Source: Pirellulales bacterium (lineage in GTDB: Bacteria > Planctomycetota > Planctomycetia > Pirellulales > PALSA-1355). From it: a stretch of DNA of 64,000 nt. Numbering within the stretch: the first letter of the stretch is position 1; the number at the start of each line of letters is the position of its first letter. The position numbers and the translations under genes were made by a program. The notes under the pieces are model-generated. The model worked only from the letters and a program-made list of their open reading frames with translations, did no database searches and was not told the DNA's origin. Positions 54,802 through 64,000 of the stretch are shown here, piece after piece. Location of the stretch: contig CAVTBU010000005.1 in NCBI GenBank assembly GCA_963733035.1, forward strand, positions 2,528,001 to 2,592,000. The letters are read 5' to 3'.

Positions 54802-55341
54802 ATGGCCAAGAGTCGCAAAGCCGAAGTCGAAGCCGTGCTCCCGCAAATCGACTTTTCCAAGCATGACTATCAAGTCGAGCTCGACACCAGCGAAGGCAAG
54901 ATCACGCTCGATCTGTTTCCGGATGTCGCACCGGGCCACGTCCAGAACCTGGTCGCCCTGGCAAAGATCGGCTACTACGACGGCCTCTCCTTTCACCGCG
55001 TGATCAGCGGCTTCATGATTCAGGGAGGTTGTCCCGAGGGAACCGGCACGGGCGGACCCGGCTATACAATCAAAGCCGAGTTCAATCCCACGAAGCACGA
55101 ACCGGGCGTGGTCTCGATGGCCCGCACGGCCGATCCGAATTCAGCCGGATCACAGTTCTTCATCTGCCTCGAACGCGTGCCGCATCTCGACAACCAGTAC
55201 ACGGCCTTCGGCAAGACGGCTGATGCGGAAGGCCTGGCCGTGGTGAAGAAAATCGGCGCGGTGAAAACCGGCGCTCAGGACCGGCCGGTCACTCCCGTGA
55301 CCATCAACAAGGCCACGGTCGTCGAAAAGCCCAAGGGCTAG
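54802..55341 (+). CDS. Cyclophilin-type peptidyl-prolyl isomerase
   Basis: FHRVISGFMIQGG, SMAR, SAGSQFFI, HLDNQYTAFG; AGGAGG RBS. Confidence 0.96.
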   Translation: MAKSRKAEVEAVLPQIDFSKHDYQVELDTSEGKITLDLFPDVAPGHVQNLVALAKIGYYDGLSFHRVISGFMIQGGCPEGTGTGGPGYTIKAEFNPTKHEPGVVSMARTADPNSAGSQFFICLERVPHLDNQYTAFGKTADAEGLAVVKKIGAVKTGAQDRPVTPVTINKATVVEKPKG

Positions 55342-55861
55342 CAATCCGCCGCCGGCATGGCGCGGACGTCAGATGCACAAGATCAACACGCCCAGACCGA
55401 TGAACAGCGCCCGAGTCAGTGTTTCACGGTCCATGATGGTTCTCTTAGCGATCTGAATATGCGAAGCAGTTGCTTCGGCGACAGCAAGATCGGCTGATGC
55501 GCCGCGGAACTTGAATCGGATCCGTGAGAATTTCTGCTAGCAGCGCCGATGTGAAATTTTCGGCGCCGGCGGCATGTATCCGTTGCGGACGTCCGCGCTA
55601 GATTGCGGTTTGCGACACACGAGCTACATTTGCGCGGCGACGTGCGCCGCGTGCGTCCAACCGTAGGCTCACAAAAAAGACAGCTAAAAGAGTCTCAAAG
55701 CCCGTGCTGCCGCGGAGTTCTGGGAACGAGCCCGCTCGTTGACGATCCGCCCCCAGCCCCCTAAACTCAGCGGATTGTTCGCCGCCTGGCCGCGCCGGCC
55801 CGCAGTGGCGCCAGTTCCCGACTCCCCCTATCCAGCCGCCACCTAAGCCACGAGCACCCGC

Positions 55862-57942
55862 ATGGCTCAACAAACCCAGAAACAGCCCGCGAAACCGGCC
55901 GGTTCGATTGATCAACTCGCGATCAACACCATTCGCACCCTCTCGATGGACGCCGTGCAGAAGGCCAACAGCGGCCATCCTGGCACGCCGATGGCCCTGG
56001 CGCCCATGGCTTATACGCTATGGAACGAAGTGCTGAGGTACGACCCAGAACATCCGCTGTGGCCCGGCCGCGACCGCTTTGTGCTCTCGTGCGGGCATGC
56101 GTCCATGCTGCTCTACAGCGTGTTGCATCTGGCTGGGGTCAAGCAGTATCGAGACGGCAAGCCGACGGGCGAGCTGGCCGTGCCGCTCGACCAGATCGAG
56201 CAGTTTCGCCAATTGCACAGTCGCTGCCCCGGACATCCCGAGCACGATGAGACCTCGGGCGTCGAAACCACGACCGGCCCCCTGGGTCAGGGCGTCAGCA
56301 ACAGCGTCGGCATGGCCATTGCTCAGCGCTGGCTAGCCTCGCACTTCAACAAGCCGGGTTTCGAGTTGTTCGATTACAACATCTACGCCGTGTGCAGCGA
56401 CGGCGATCTGATGGAAGGCATCTCGAACGAAGCGGCGTCTCTGGCCGGACACCTCAAACTGTCGAATCTCTGCTGGATCTACGACGACAACACGATCACG
56501 ATCGAAGGGCATACCGAGCTGGCCTACAGCGACGACGTGCCGACGCGTTTCAAAGGCCTCGGCTGGCACGTCATCGAAATTGCCGACGTCAACAATCTGG
56601 ACTGCGCCTGCGCAAGGCTTACAAGTCGTTTGCCAAAACCGGCGACAAGCCGACGCTGATCATCGTTCACTCGATCATCGGCTATGGCGCGCCCGACAAG
56701 CAGAACACCTCGCATGCCCATGGATCGCCGCTGGGCGAAGATGAGATTCGCAAGGCCAAGGAGTTTTATGGCTGGCCGCCCGATGCTCATTTCCTGGTGC
56801 CCGACGAGGTACCCCAGCACTTTGCCGCGGGGATCGGAGCGCGCGGCAAGAAGCTATATGCCGACTGGCATGCCCAGTTCGAAGCATACGCTCAGAAGTA
56901 CCCCGAGCTTGCCGCCGAGTGGCAGACGATGGCCGCGCGCGAGTTGCCGAAGGGATGGGACAAGGACATTCCCACTTTTCCGGCCGATGCCAAGGGCCTG
57001 GCCAGCCGCAAGTCCTCGGGCGAAGTTATCAACGACGTGGCGAAGAACGTCCCCTGGTTGATCGGCGGATCGGCCGATCTGGCCCCGTCAACACTGACCA
57101 CGCTCAACGGCAACGATTCGTTCGAGGCCGGTTCCTACGGAGGCCGAAACTTCCATTTCGGCATACGCGAACATGGCATGGCCGCGGCGCTCAACGGCAT
57201 GGCCTTGTCAGATGTGCGCGCCTTCGGTTCGACGTTTTTCGTGTTCAGCGATTACCTGCGACCGTCGATGCGTCTTAGCGCGCTCATGCAATTGCCGGTG
57301 GTCTATATCTTCACGCACGATTCGATCGGCGTCGGTGAAGACGGCCCGACGCACGAACCGGTCGAACACTTGGCGGCGGCTCGGGCAATTCCGAACCTGT
57401 ACGTCATGCGTCCCGGCGATGCGAACGAAGTGGCGGCGGCCTGGCGGGCGATTATGCCGATCAAGAACCACCCGGTAGCGCTAGTGCTTACACGGCAGAA
57501 TCTGCCCACGCTCGATCGCACGAAATACGCGTCGGCCGACGGCGTGCTCCGCGGCGGCTATGTGCTGGCGGATTCCAAGCCGGGAAAACAACCAGACGTG
57601 ATTCTGATGGGCACCGGCAGCGAAGTCGGCGTCTGCGTCACCGCCTACGAACAGCTCGCCGCCAGCGGCGTAAGCGTGCGGCTGGTGAGCCTGCCGTGCT
57701 GGGAGCTATTTGATGCCCAGGATCAGTCCCATCGCGACAGCGTGCTGCCGCCGGCGGTTACCGCGCGCGTGGCCTGCGAGGCCGGCGTCGTGCAGGGCTG
57801 GGAAAAATACCTCGGCTTCCGCGGGCGATTCGTCGGCATGTCGACTTACGGCGCCTCGGCCCCCGGTGACCTGCTTTTCAAGCATTTTGGCATTACCGCC
57901 GAGAACGTCGTCAAGCAGGCCCAAGAACTACTTAAGAAGTAA
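55862..57942 (+). CDS. tkt: Transketolase (indel near 56605)
   Basis: [32 protein letters not shown]; second frame [25 protein letters not shown]. Confidence 0.96.
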
Positions 57943-58054
57943 GCGTTCGCGGTGGCGCTCGGCAATCTCGACGCCCCGAGCGACATGCGAACCTTTGTAT
58001 TGCCATATCCCTCACCCTAAGCGTCGTTCGGTTGCGTACCAGGAGTCTCGTCCC

Positions 58055-59251
58055 ATGGCATTGCGTATTTCCCGAATTCTCGAGGCTCTCGAACCGTCGG
58101 CCACCATGGCCATGGCCGCCAAGGCCAAGGAGCTGAAAGCGGCCGGGAAAACGGTGTACGACTTCAGCCTGGGCGAGCCGGATTTCACTACGCCGGAGCA
58201 CATCTGCCAGGCTGCCATTGAGGCCATGAAGGCCGGACACACGCATTACACGCCAGCGCCGGGCATCCCCGAATTGCGCGCGGCGATTGCCAAACAATTT
58301 AAGGAAACGCACGGCCTGGAATACGCCGCCGGTCAGGTTGTCGTTTCCAACGGGGCCAAGCACTCGCTGCACAACGTCTTTACGGCACTGTTAAACCCGG
58401 GCGACGAGGTGATCATTCCCGCGCCGTATTGGGTCAGCTATGCCGAACTGGTCAAGCTAACGGGCGCGATGCCGGTGATCGTCGAGACCGAACAGGCAAA
58501 TGACTTCAAGTTGACGCCCCAGCAGTTGCGCGACGCGATCACTGCCAAAACGACCATGTTGTTGGTTTGTTCGCCGAGCAATCCGACCGGTAGCATGTAC
58601 GCGCCAGCCGATCTGGCCGCCTTGGCCGACGTCGTGCTGGAACGCAATCTGACGGTCGTCTCCGATGAAATCTACGAGCGGCTCGTTTACGGCAACAATA
58701 AATTCGTCACCTTCGCCGGCGTGCGCCCGGGGATGCAGGAGCGGACCATCGTGGTCAACGGAGCAAGCAAGGCCTATGCGATGACGGGCTGGCGCATCGG
58801 CTGGACGCTCTCGCCGGCCAATGTGGCCAAGGCCATGTCCGACTTGCAAAGCCAGGAAACGAGCAACCCCTCGAGCATCAGCCAGTACGCCGCCCTGGCG
58901 GCCGTCACCGGCCCGCAAGATTGTGTCGAGCAAATGTTGGCCGAATTCACCAAGCGACGGGCATTCGTCCGCGAGCGCATCGAAAGCATTCCGGGGCTCA
59001 GTTGTCCGGACATGGGTGGAGCATTCTACGCCTTCATCAACATCAAGCAGCACCTGGGTCGCCATTACGGCGGTGCCCGCGTGGACAACTCAACGCAATG
59101 GTGCCTCGCGCTGCTCGAACAGCAAAACGTGGCCACCGTGATGGGCTCGGCCTTTGGCGCCGAGGGCTATGCCCGCATCTCCTTCGCCACGAGCATGGAT
59201 GTACTCAAAGCCGGCTTCGATCGCATCGAAGCTTTCTTGGCGGGAAATTAG
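58055..59251 (+). CDS. Class I PLP-dependent (aspartate) aminotransferase
   Basis: GEPDF, GAK, PSNPTG, SDEIY, SKAYAMTGWRIG; AGGAG RBS. Confidence 0.94.
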   Translation: MALRISRILEALEPSATMAMAAKAKELKAAGKTVYDFSLGEPDFTTPEHICQAAIEAMKAGHTHYTPAPGIPELRAAIAKQFKETHGLEYAAGQVVVSNGAKHSLHNVFTALLNPGDEVIIPAPYWVSYAELVKLTGAMPVIVETEQANDFKLTPQQLRDAITAKTTMLLVCSPSNPTGSMYAPADLAALADVVLERNLTVVSDEIYERLVYGNNKFVTFAGVRPGMQERTIVVNGASKAYAMTGWRIGWTLSPANVAKAMSDLQSQETSNPSSISQYAALAAVTGPQDCVEQMLAEFTKRRAFVRERIESIPGLSCPDMGGAFYAFINIKQHLGRHYGGARVDNSTQWCLALLEQQNVATVMGSAFGAEGYARISFATSMDVLKAGFDRIEAFLAGN

Positions 59252-59418
59252 AGCCCTCGGGCCGACGCAGGCTGTCGTTTTTCCAGCTTGTGCGCTGCGC
59301 GACGGATTCCTACATTGTTGGGGGTTATCGAGTGCCCCTGATATGCAGTCCCCTGTCGATCGTGCGGCGTCCCACGTGTTGGAGGCGGTTCACTACCCGT
59401 GACTGAGAGGATCTCAAC

Positions 59419-59793
59419 ATGCATTGTGCAAAGTGCGGCAGTCCGAACCCTGACAATGCCACCGCCTGCGGGTCATGCGGTGCATCGTTGGCAAATCCTT
59501 ATGGAACAGCGCAGGCCCGAGGGCCGATCAATAACTACCTGATACCTGCGATCTTTTCCACTGTGTGCTGCTGTTTGCCGTTGGGAATCGTCTCGATCGT
59601 GTATGCCGCGCAGGTGAATGGGAAGTTGTCCGGCGGCGACGTCGCAGGTGCTCAGGAATCGGCGAACAAAGCCAAGATGTGGTTTTGGATTGCGTTCGGC
59701 CTGGGACTGCTGGTGAACGCCCTCGTCTTGATTGTGCAGATTCTGGGAGCCGTTATCGCGGTTCAAGAGAATCAGCCGGGTGGCGGGTTCTAG
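59419..59793 (+). CDS. Zinc-ribbon + CD225/dispanin (IFITM-like) protein
   Basis: CxxC-x10-CxxC; NYLIPAIFSTVCCCLPLGIVSIVYAAQV..GD..GA...AK. Confidence 0.9.
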   Translation: MHCAKCGSPNPDNATACGSCGASLANPYGTAQARGPINNYLIPAIFSTVCCCLPLGIVSIVYAAQVNGKLSGGDVAGAQESANKAKMWFWIAFGLGLLVNALVLIVQILGAVIAVQENQPGGGF

Positions 59794-59817
59794 CAACGGC
59801 ATCGGAAACCAGCACGC

Positions 59818-60192
59818 ATGTATTGCCAGAATTGTGGTACGCAATTGCCTGATGGCACGGCCGTGTGTCACCAATGTGGCAACCCACCGCTGCGCATGCC
59901 GGTCGCGATGTCAACTTCTATTGAGAGCGATCCGGGCATGCGGATGCTGCTTCCCGTGGGACGCAGCGTGTGGGCGGTGCTTGCCGGATATGCCGGGCTG
60001 TTTGCCGTGCTGGGCGTCTGTGCGCCATTCGCTTTGATTTTGGGAATCATCGCGTTGGTGGACCTGAAGCGACATCCGGAGAAATATGGCCGGGGTCGGG
60101 CGATATTCGCGATCGTGATGGGCACGATTTTCAGCCTGATTGTCGTCTTCATTGTGATTGCGATCGCGTATGAGGAAGCGTCGCGCCACTAG
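59818..60192 (+). CDS. Zinc-ribbon + DUF4190-like membrane protein
   Basis: CxxC-x10-CxxC; ALILGIIAL..KYGRGRAIFAIVMG. Confidence 0.82.
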   Translation: MYCQNCGTQLPDGTAVCHQCGNPPLRMPVAMSTSIESDPGMRMLLPVGRSVWAVLAGYAGLFAVLGVCAPFALILGIIALVDLKRHPEKYGRGRAIFAIVMGTIFSLIVVFIVIAIAYEEASRH

Positions 60193-60201
60193 GAACTCAG
60201 C

Positions 60202-60600
60202 ATGTACTGTCACGTTTGCGGCAAGCACAATCCTGACAATGCCTCGAGTTGTCATGCCTGCGGCGCTACATTCGCCAATCCATATCAAGCTCCTGCAGCT
60301 CCCCAACAAGCTGCCGGCACGTATTCAGGGGGCACGCCAACGCACCTCAACAATTACTTGGCGCCCGCAATTTTCGCCACGCTTTGTTGCTGCCTGCCGT
60401 TTGGCATCGTGTCGATCGTCTATGCGGCACAAGTCAACGCCAAGCTTGCCGGCGGCGACATATACGGCGCAATGCAGTCGGCGCAGAGTGCGAAGATGTG
60501 GTTTTGGATCGCCTTTGGCTTCGGCGTCGTTCCCCAGGTTCTGTACTTGGGGCTCATCCTATTTGGCGCGATCACCGGCCTCCTCGAGGGCCCAAGATGA
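60202..60600 (+). CDS. Zinc-ribbon + CD225/dispanin protein (paralog of 59419-59793)
   Basis: CxxC-x10-CxxC; NYLAPAIFATLCCCLPFGIVSIVYAAQV. Confidence 0.9.
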   Translation: MYCHVCGKHNPDNASSCHACGATFANPYQAPAAPQQAAGTYSGGTPTHLNNYLAPAIFATLCCCLPFGIVSIVYAAQVNAKLAGGDIYGAMQSAQSAKMWFWIAFGFGVVPQVLYLGLILFGAITGLLEGPR

Positions 60601-61014
60601 GCAATCTTGTGCAATCGCGAACGGCACTCCGCTCACTTCGCGCGGTTGCAATTCTCGTCGGAATGCTCGGATTGATCCTGGTTCTATATCAGGTTAATCC
60701 ATCATCGGTGAGCTGGCTGCCGAAGTGCCCCGTCTACCAATTGACCGGCTGGCACTGCCCCGGATGTGGAGCCACACGCGCCGCTCATGCCATGCTGCAT
60801 GGCGACCTGCCTCGCGCTGGCCAAGAACCCGCTACTTGTTGGCGCCGGGCCGCTGATCGTGGCGTACGGTGTCTGGAAGCGACAGCGCGAAGGTCGCGGC
60901 TGGACGACCACTGTTTCGGCTCGCGCAATTCTCATTCTGCTCGCCGTGCTGATTGTGTTTGCGATCCTGCGCAACCTACCGGGCTATCCGTTTGAGCTGC
61001 TTGCACCGCATTGA
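60597..61014 (+). CDS. DUF2752 family membrane protein (2-nt indel near 60815)
   Basis: CPVYQLTGWHCPGCGATRA, NPLL, ILRNLP; ATGA overlap with the upstream stop. Confidence 0.85.
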
Positions 61015-61320
61015 GCAGCGCAATTTCGCGTTGTTGTCATGGTCAACCGATAAATCCTACTCAAGCCAACGCGGACACCCGATGGTAGTGGTAGGGTAAC
61101 TGAGGTATTTTGCGCACGATTCTACCGTTTGCGAGCGCAAAGTCGTTTGGGTTTTTGTTTTGGGCCGCTTTTGGTAGCTTGGCCCCAGCCAACCACCCCC
61201 ACCGCCATGCTCGCAACGTAGAATGGATGAAGGCGGCGCGCTTCGTGCGGGCTGTAGCGACTGCGACAGTACCCCACATTCAATACGCGTCCATTTAGGC
61301 AGTGCCGTGGAGCTTGCACC

Positions 61321-62817
61321 TTGAGAATCTTGTTGGCCACCAGCGAAGCGGTGCCCTTCGCCAAGACCGGCGGCCTGGCCGACGTTTGCGGCGCGCTGCC
61401 GGTCGAACTGGCGAAACTGGGACACGAGCCGGTCGTCCTCCTGCCAGCCTATCGACAGGCCCTGGCAGCCGGCCTGCTCGTGGAGCGGACCGGCGTCAGC
61501 TTCGATGTGCCGATCGGCAGCAAGACCGTCAGCGGCGAGTTTCTCAAAAGCCACTTGCCCGACAGCGACGTGCCGGTTTACCTGGTCGAGCACGACCACT
61601 ACTACAACCGCGCGGGATTGTATCAAGACGCCGGCGAAGACTACCGCGACAACTGTGAACGATTCGTGTTCTATTGCCGCGCGGTGTGCGAAGCGATCCG
61701 GCTCTTGGATCTGAACGTCGAAGTCGTGCATGCCAACGATTGGCAAACTGCACTGATTCCGGCGTACCTCAAACTCGAATATCACGGCATCCCGGGCTAC
61801 GAGCAGCTGGGCACGCTGTTCACCATCCACAACATGGCCTATCAGGGCGTGTTCTGGCACTGGGATATGCTGCTCACCGGGCTGGATTGGAAATACTTCA
61901 ACTGGCAACAGATGGAATTCTTCGGCAACCTCAACTTGCTGAAGACCGGGTTGATCTTTTCCGATCGGCTCAATACCGTCAGCCAGCGGTACTCCGAAGA
62001 AATTCAATCCGCGCCGCTTGGTTGCGGATTGGAGGGAGTGCTACAAAACCGCCGCGAAGTCCTTTCGGGCATCGTCAACGGCGTCGACGACCGCCAGTGG
62101 GATCCGGCGAAAGATGGCCGACTGGCCGAGACGTACACGGTCGAAACGGTTACCGCGGGTAAGGCGGCCGGCAAGAGCGCCTTGCAACTCGAGCTCGGTC
62201 TACCGCAAAAGCCGGACGTGCCGCTGGTGGCGTTCATCGGTCGCCTGGTGACGCAAAAGGGCATCGACCTGTTGACGGCCACCATTCGCGATTGGGTGCA
62301 GACACGCGACGTACAATGGGCCATTCTGGGGACCGGCGAAGCCGACTACGAGCAGCAACTTGCACAACTGACCGAGCGATTCCCGCATCGGGTGGCCACG
62401 AAGCTCGAATTCTCAAACGATCTTGCTCACCGCATGGAAGCCGGTGCCGACATGTTGGTGATGCCCAGCCGTTATGAGCCGTGCGGGCTGAACCAACTCT
62501 ACAGTCTCAAATACGGCACGGTGCCGATCGTGCGAGCCACCGGTGGCCTGGTCGACACGATCACCGACGCGAACGAGGCCACGCTGGCCGCTGGCAAGGC
62601 AACCGGCTTCATGTTCGGCGACTACAGCACGCTGGCCCTGAGCGAGGCTCTTGACCGGGCCTGCGCCACCTACGCCCGCCCGGAAATCTGGCGGCAACTC
62701 GTCACAACCGGCATGCGGCAAGATTGGTCGTGGGCCAACAGCGCTCGGCAATATGTCGAGCTATACCGCGCCACGATCAACGGGGTCCGTCGCGGCCTGG
62801 TGACGGGAAATGCCTAG
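61321..62817 (+). CDS. glgA: Glycogen synthase
   Basis: KTGGLADV, HANDWQT, TIHNMAYQG, PSRYEPCGLNQLY. Confidence 0.96.
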   Translation: MRILLATSEAVPFAKTGGLADVCGALPVELAKLGHEPVVLLPAYRQALAAGLLVERTGVSFDVPIGSKTVSGEFLKSHLPDSDVPVYLVEHDHYYNRAGLYQDAGEDYRDNCERFVFYCRAVCEAIRLLDLNVEVVHANDWQTALIPAYLKLEYHGIPGYEQLGTLFTIHNMAYQGVFWHWDMLLTGLDWKYFNWQQMEFFGNLNLLKTGLIFSDRLNTVSQRYSEEIQSAPLGCGLEGVLQNRREVLSGIVNGVDDRQWDPAKDGRLAETYTVETVTAGKAAGKSALQLELGLPQKPDVPLVAFIGRLVTQKGIDLLTATIRDWVQTRDVQWAILGTGEADYEQQLAQLTERFPHRVATKLEFSNDLAHRMEAGADMLVMPSRYEPCGLNQLYSLKYGTVPIVRATGGLVDTITDANEATLAAGKATGFMFGDYSTLALSEALDRACATYARPEIWRQLVTTGMRQDWSWANSARQYVELYRATINGVRRGLVTGNA

Positions 62818-62999
62818 CGAGGGGCCTGGAAAGAGTGCCGGCAAGAGCGTAGGCTAAGGGCGCTGTAAAAAGTCAGGCGGTTGGGCATTCGATCGGCGGC
62901 ACCTTAACGATGGTCCGCGGTAACGCTGCCCGCGAGTAATTGGGCCCATTGTGGTACCCGAGCTTTGAAAGGCTCCTAGCGCCGCCCTGAACACGCGTC

Positions 63000-64000
63000 A
63001 TGCACGACCTCTCCGTCGCCTTCGTCTGGCATCAGCATCAGCCCTACTACGTTGACGACGTGGCCGGTTTTAATCCCATGCCCTGGGTGCGGCTGCACGG
63101 CACCAAAGATTATTGGGGGCTGGCCATGCATCTGGCCGAAGTGCCCGAGGTGCATGCCACGATCAACTTGGTGCCGAGTTTGCTGCAGCAGATCCTGGGA
63201 TACACCAAGCACGGGCAGCAAGACGAACACCTTCGTGTTTCGCACTTGCCGGCCGATGGATTGAGCGAGGCCGAGGGCCGCTTCCTTCTCGATACGTTCT
63301 TCATGGCCAACCCGGACCAGATGATCCGGCCTTATCCGCGGTATTGGGAGCTCTACCAGCAACGTGGCCTGCACGTCGACAGCGCCGAGCGCGCGCTGCG
63401 TCGCTTTGCACCGCGAGACATCCTTGACTTGCAGTGTTGGAATAACCTGGTCTGGTTTCATCCGATCGCGTTTGAGAAGGACAAAGACCTGGCGGAGTTT
63501 CGCCACAAGGGAGGACATTGGACCGAAGACGAAAAGCGGTGGCTGCTCGACAAGCAGATGCAGCTCCTGGCCGAGGTAATTCCGCTACATCGGAAGCTGG
63601 CCGAACGAGGCCAGGTCGAACTCACCACGACGCCGTTTTTTCATCCCATCCTGCCGCTGCTCATCGACAAGCGGCTGGCCAAGGCCGCCATGCCCGGCGT
63701 GCATTTGCCCAAGCGACTGGAAGGCTATCCGGAGGATGCCGCCGAACATATTCGCCGCGCCGTGGCTTATCACACGGAACTATTCGGTAGCCCACCAGTC
63801 GGCATGTGGCCCTCCGAAGGTTCCGTCGCCCAGCCGATCATCCCACTGGTGGCGGCCGCCGGCATCCAGTGGATCGCCAGCGACGAGGAGATTCTATCCC
63901 GCTCAACCGATGGTTGGGTTTCGCGCGACGGCCAAGGCATGGTGCAGCACCCCGAAATGCTGTATTGCCCTTGGCGGGTGGAAGAATCGGGACACGAGCT
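63000..64000 (+). CDS. Glycoside hydrolase family 57 (partial, runs off window)
   Basis: [40 protein letters not shown]; not in the ORF track because no stop falls in the window. Confidence 0.93.
   Translation, partial: MHDLSVAFVWHQHQPYYVDDVAGFNPMPWVRLHGTKDYWGLAMHLAEVPEVHATINLVPSLLQQILGYTKHGQQDEHLRVSHLPADGLSEAEGRFLLDTFFMANPDQMIRPYPRYWELYQQRGLHVDSAERALRRFAPRDILDLQCWNNLVWFHPIAFEKDKDLAEFRHKGGHWTEDEKRWLLDKQMQLLAEVIPLHRKLAERGQVELTTTPFFHPILPLLIDKRLAKAAMPGVHLPKRLEGYPEDAAEHIRRAVAYHTELFGSPPVGMWPSEGSVAQPIIPLVAAAGIQWIASDEEILSRSTDGWVSRDGQGMVQHPEMLYCPWRVEESGHE

Overview
GC-rich bacterial chromosome segment. Gene content (four PEP-CTERM-type proteins, a planctomycete-type dockerin, DUF1598, DUF1570-like protein, Ser/Thr kinase) points to Planctomycetota, probably Pirellulales (inference). 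Most of 9-64 kb is core or metabolic: K+ channel, SSS symporter, fabH, pepF, dnaE, udg, der, ilvN-ilvC, lctP, tkt, aminotransferase, glgA and a GH57 running off the end. About 1.2-8.3 kb is an accessory patchwork. It holds the 3' end (DV-DVI) of a group II intron, a RAYT/HUH-transposase-like C-terminal remnant, a recurring 15-16 bp motif (TGCGTCCCCTTTAGTT) that brackets small orphan membrane-protein genes, an intact IS256-family element inserted in one of them, and an integrase-core remnant. A four-gene zinc-ribbon/CD225 (IFITM-like)/DUF2752 membrane operon lies at 59.4-61.0 kb. About nine genes, including essential dnaE, carry 1-2 nt indels, nearly all at or beside GCGC; these are most likely sequencing/assembly errors. 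I recognised no tRNA, rRNA or CRISPR array. All family names come from motif recognition, not database searches.
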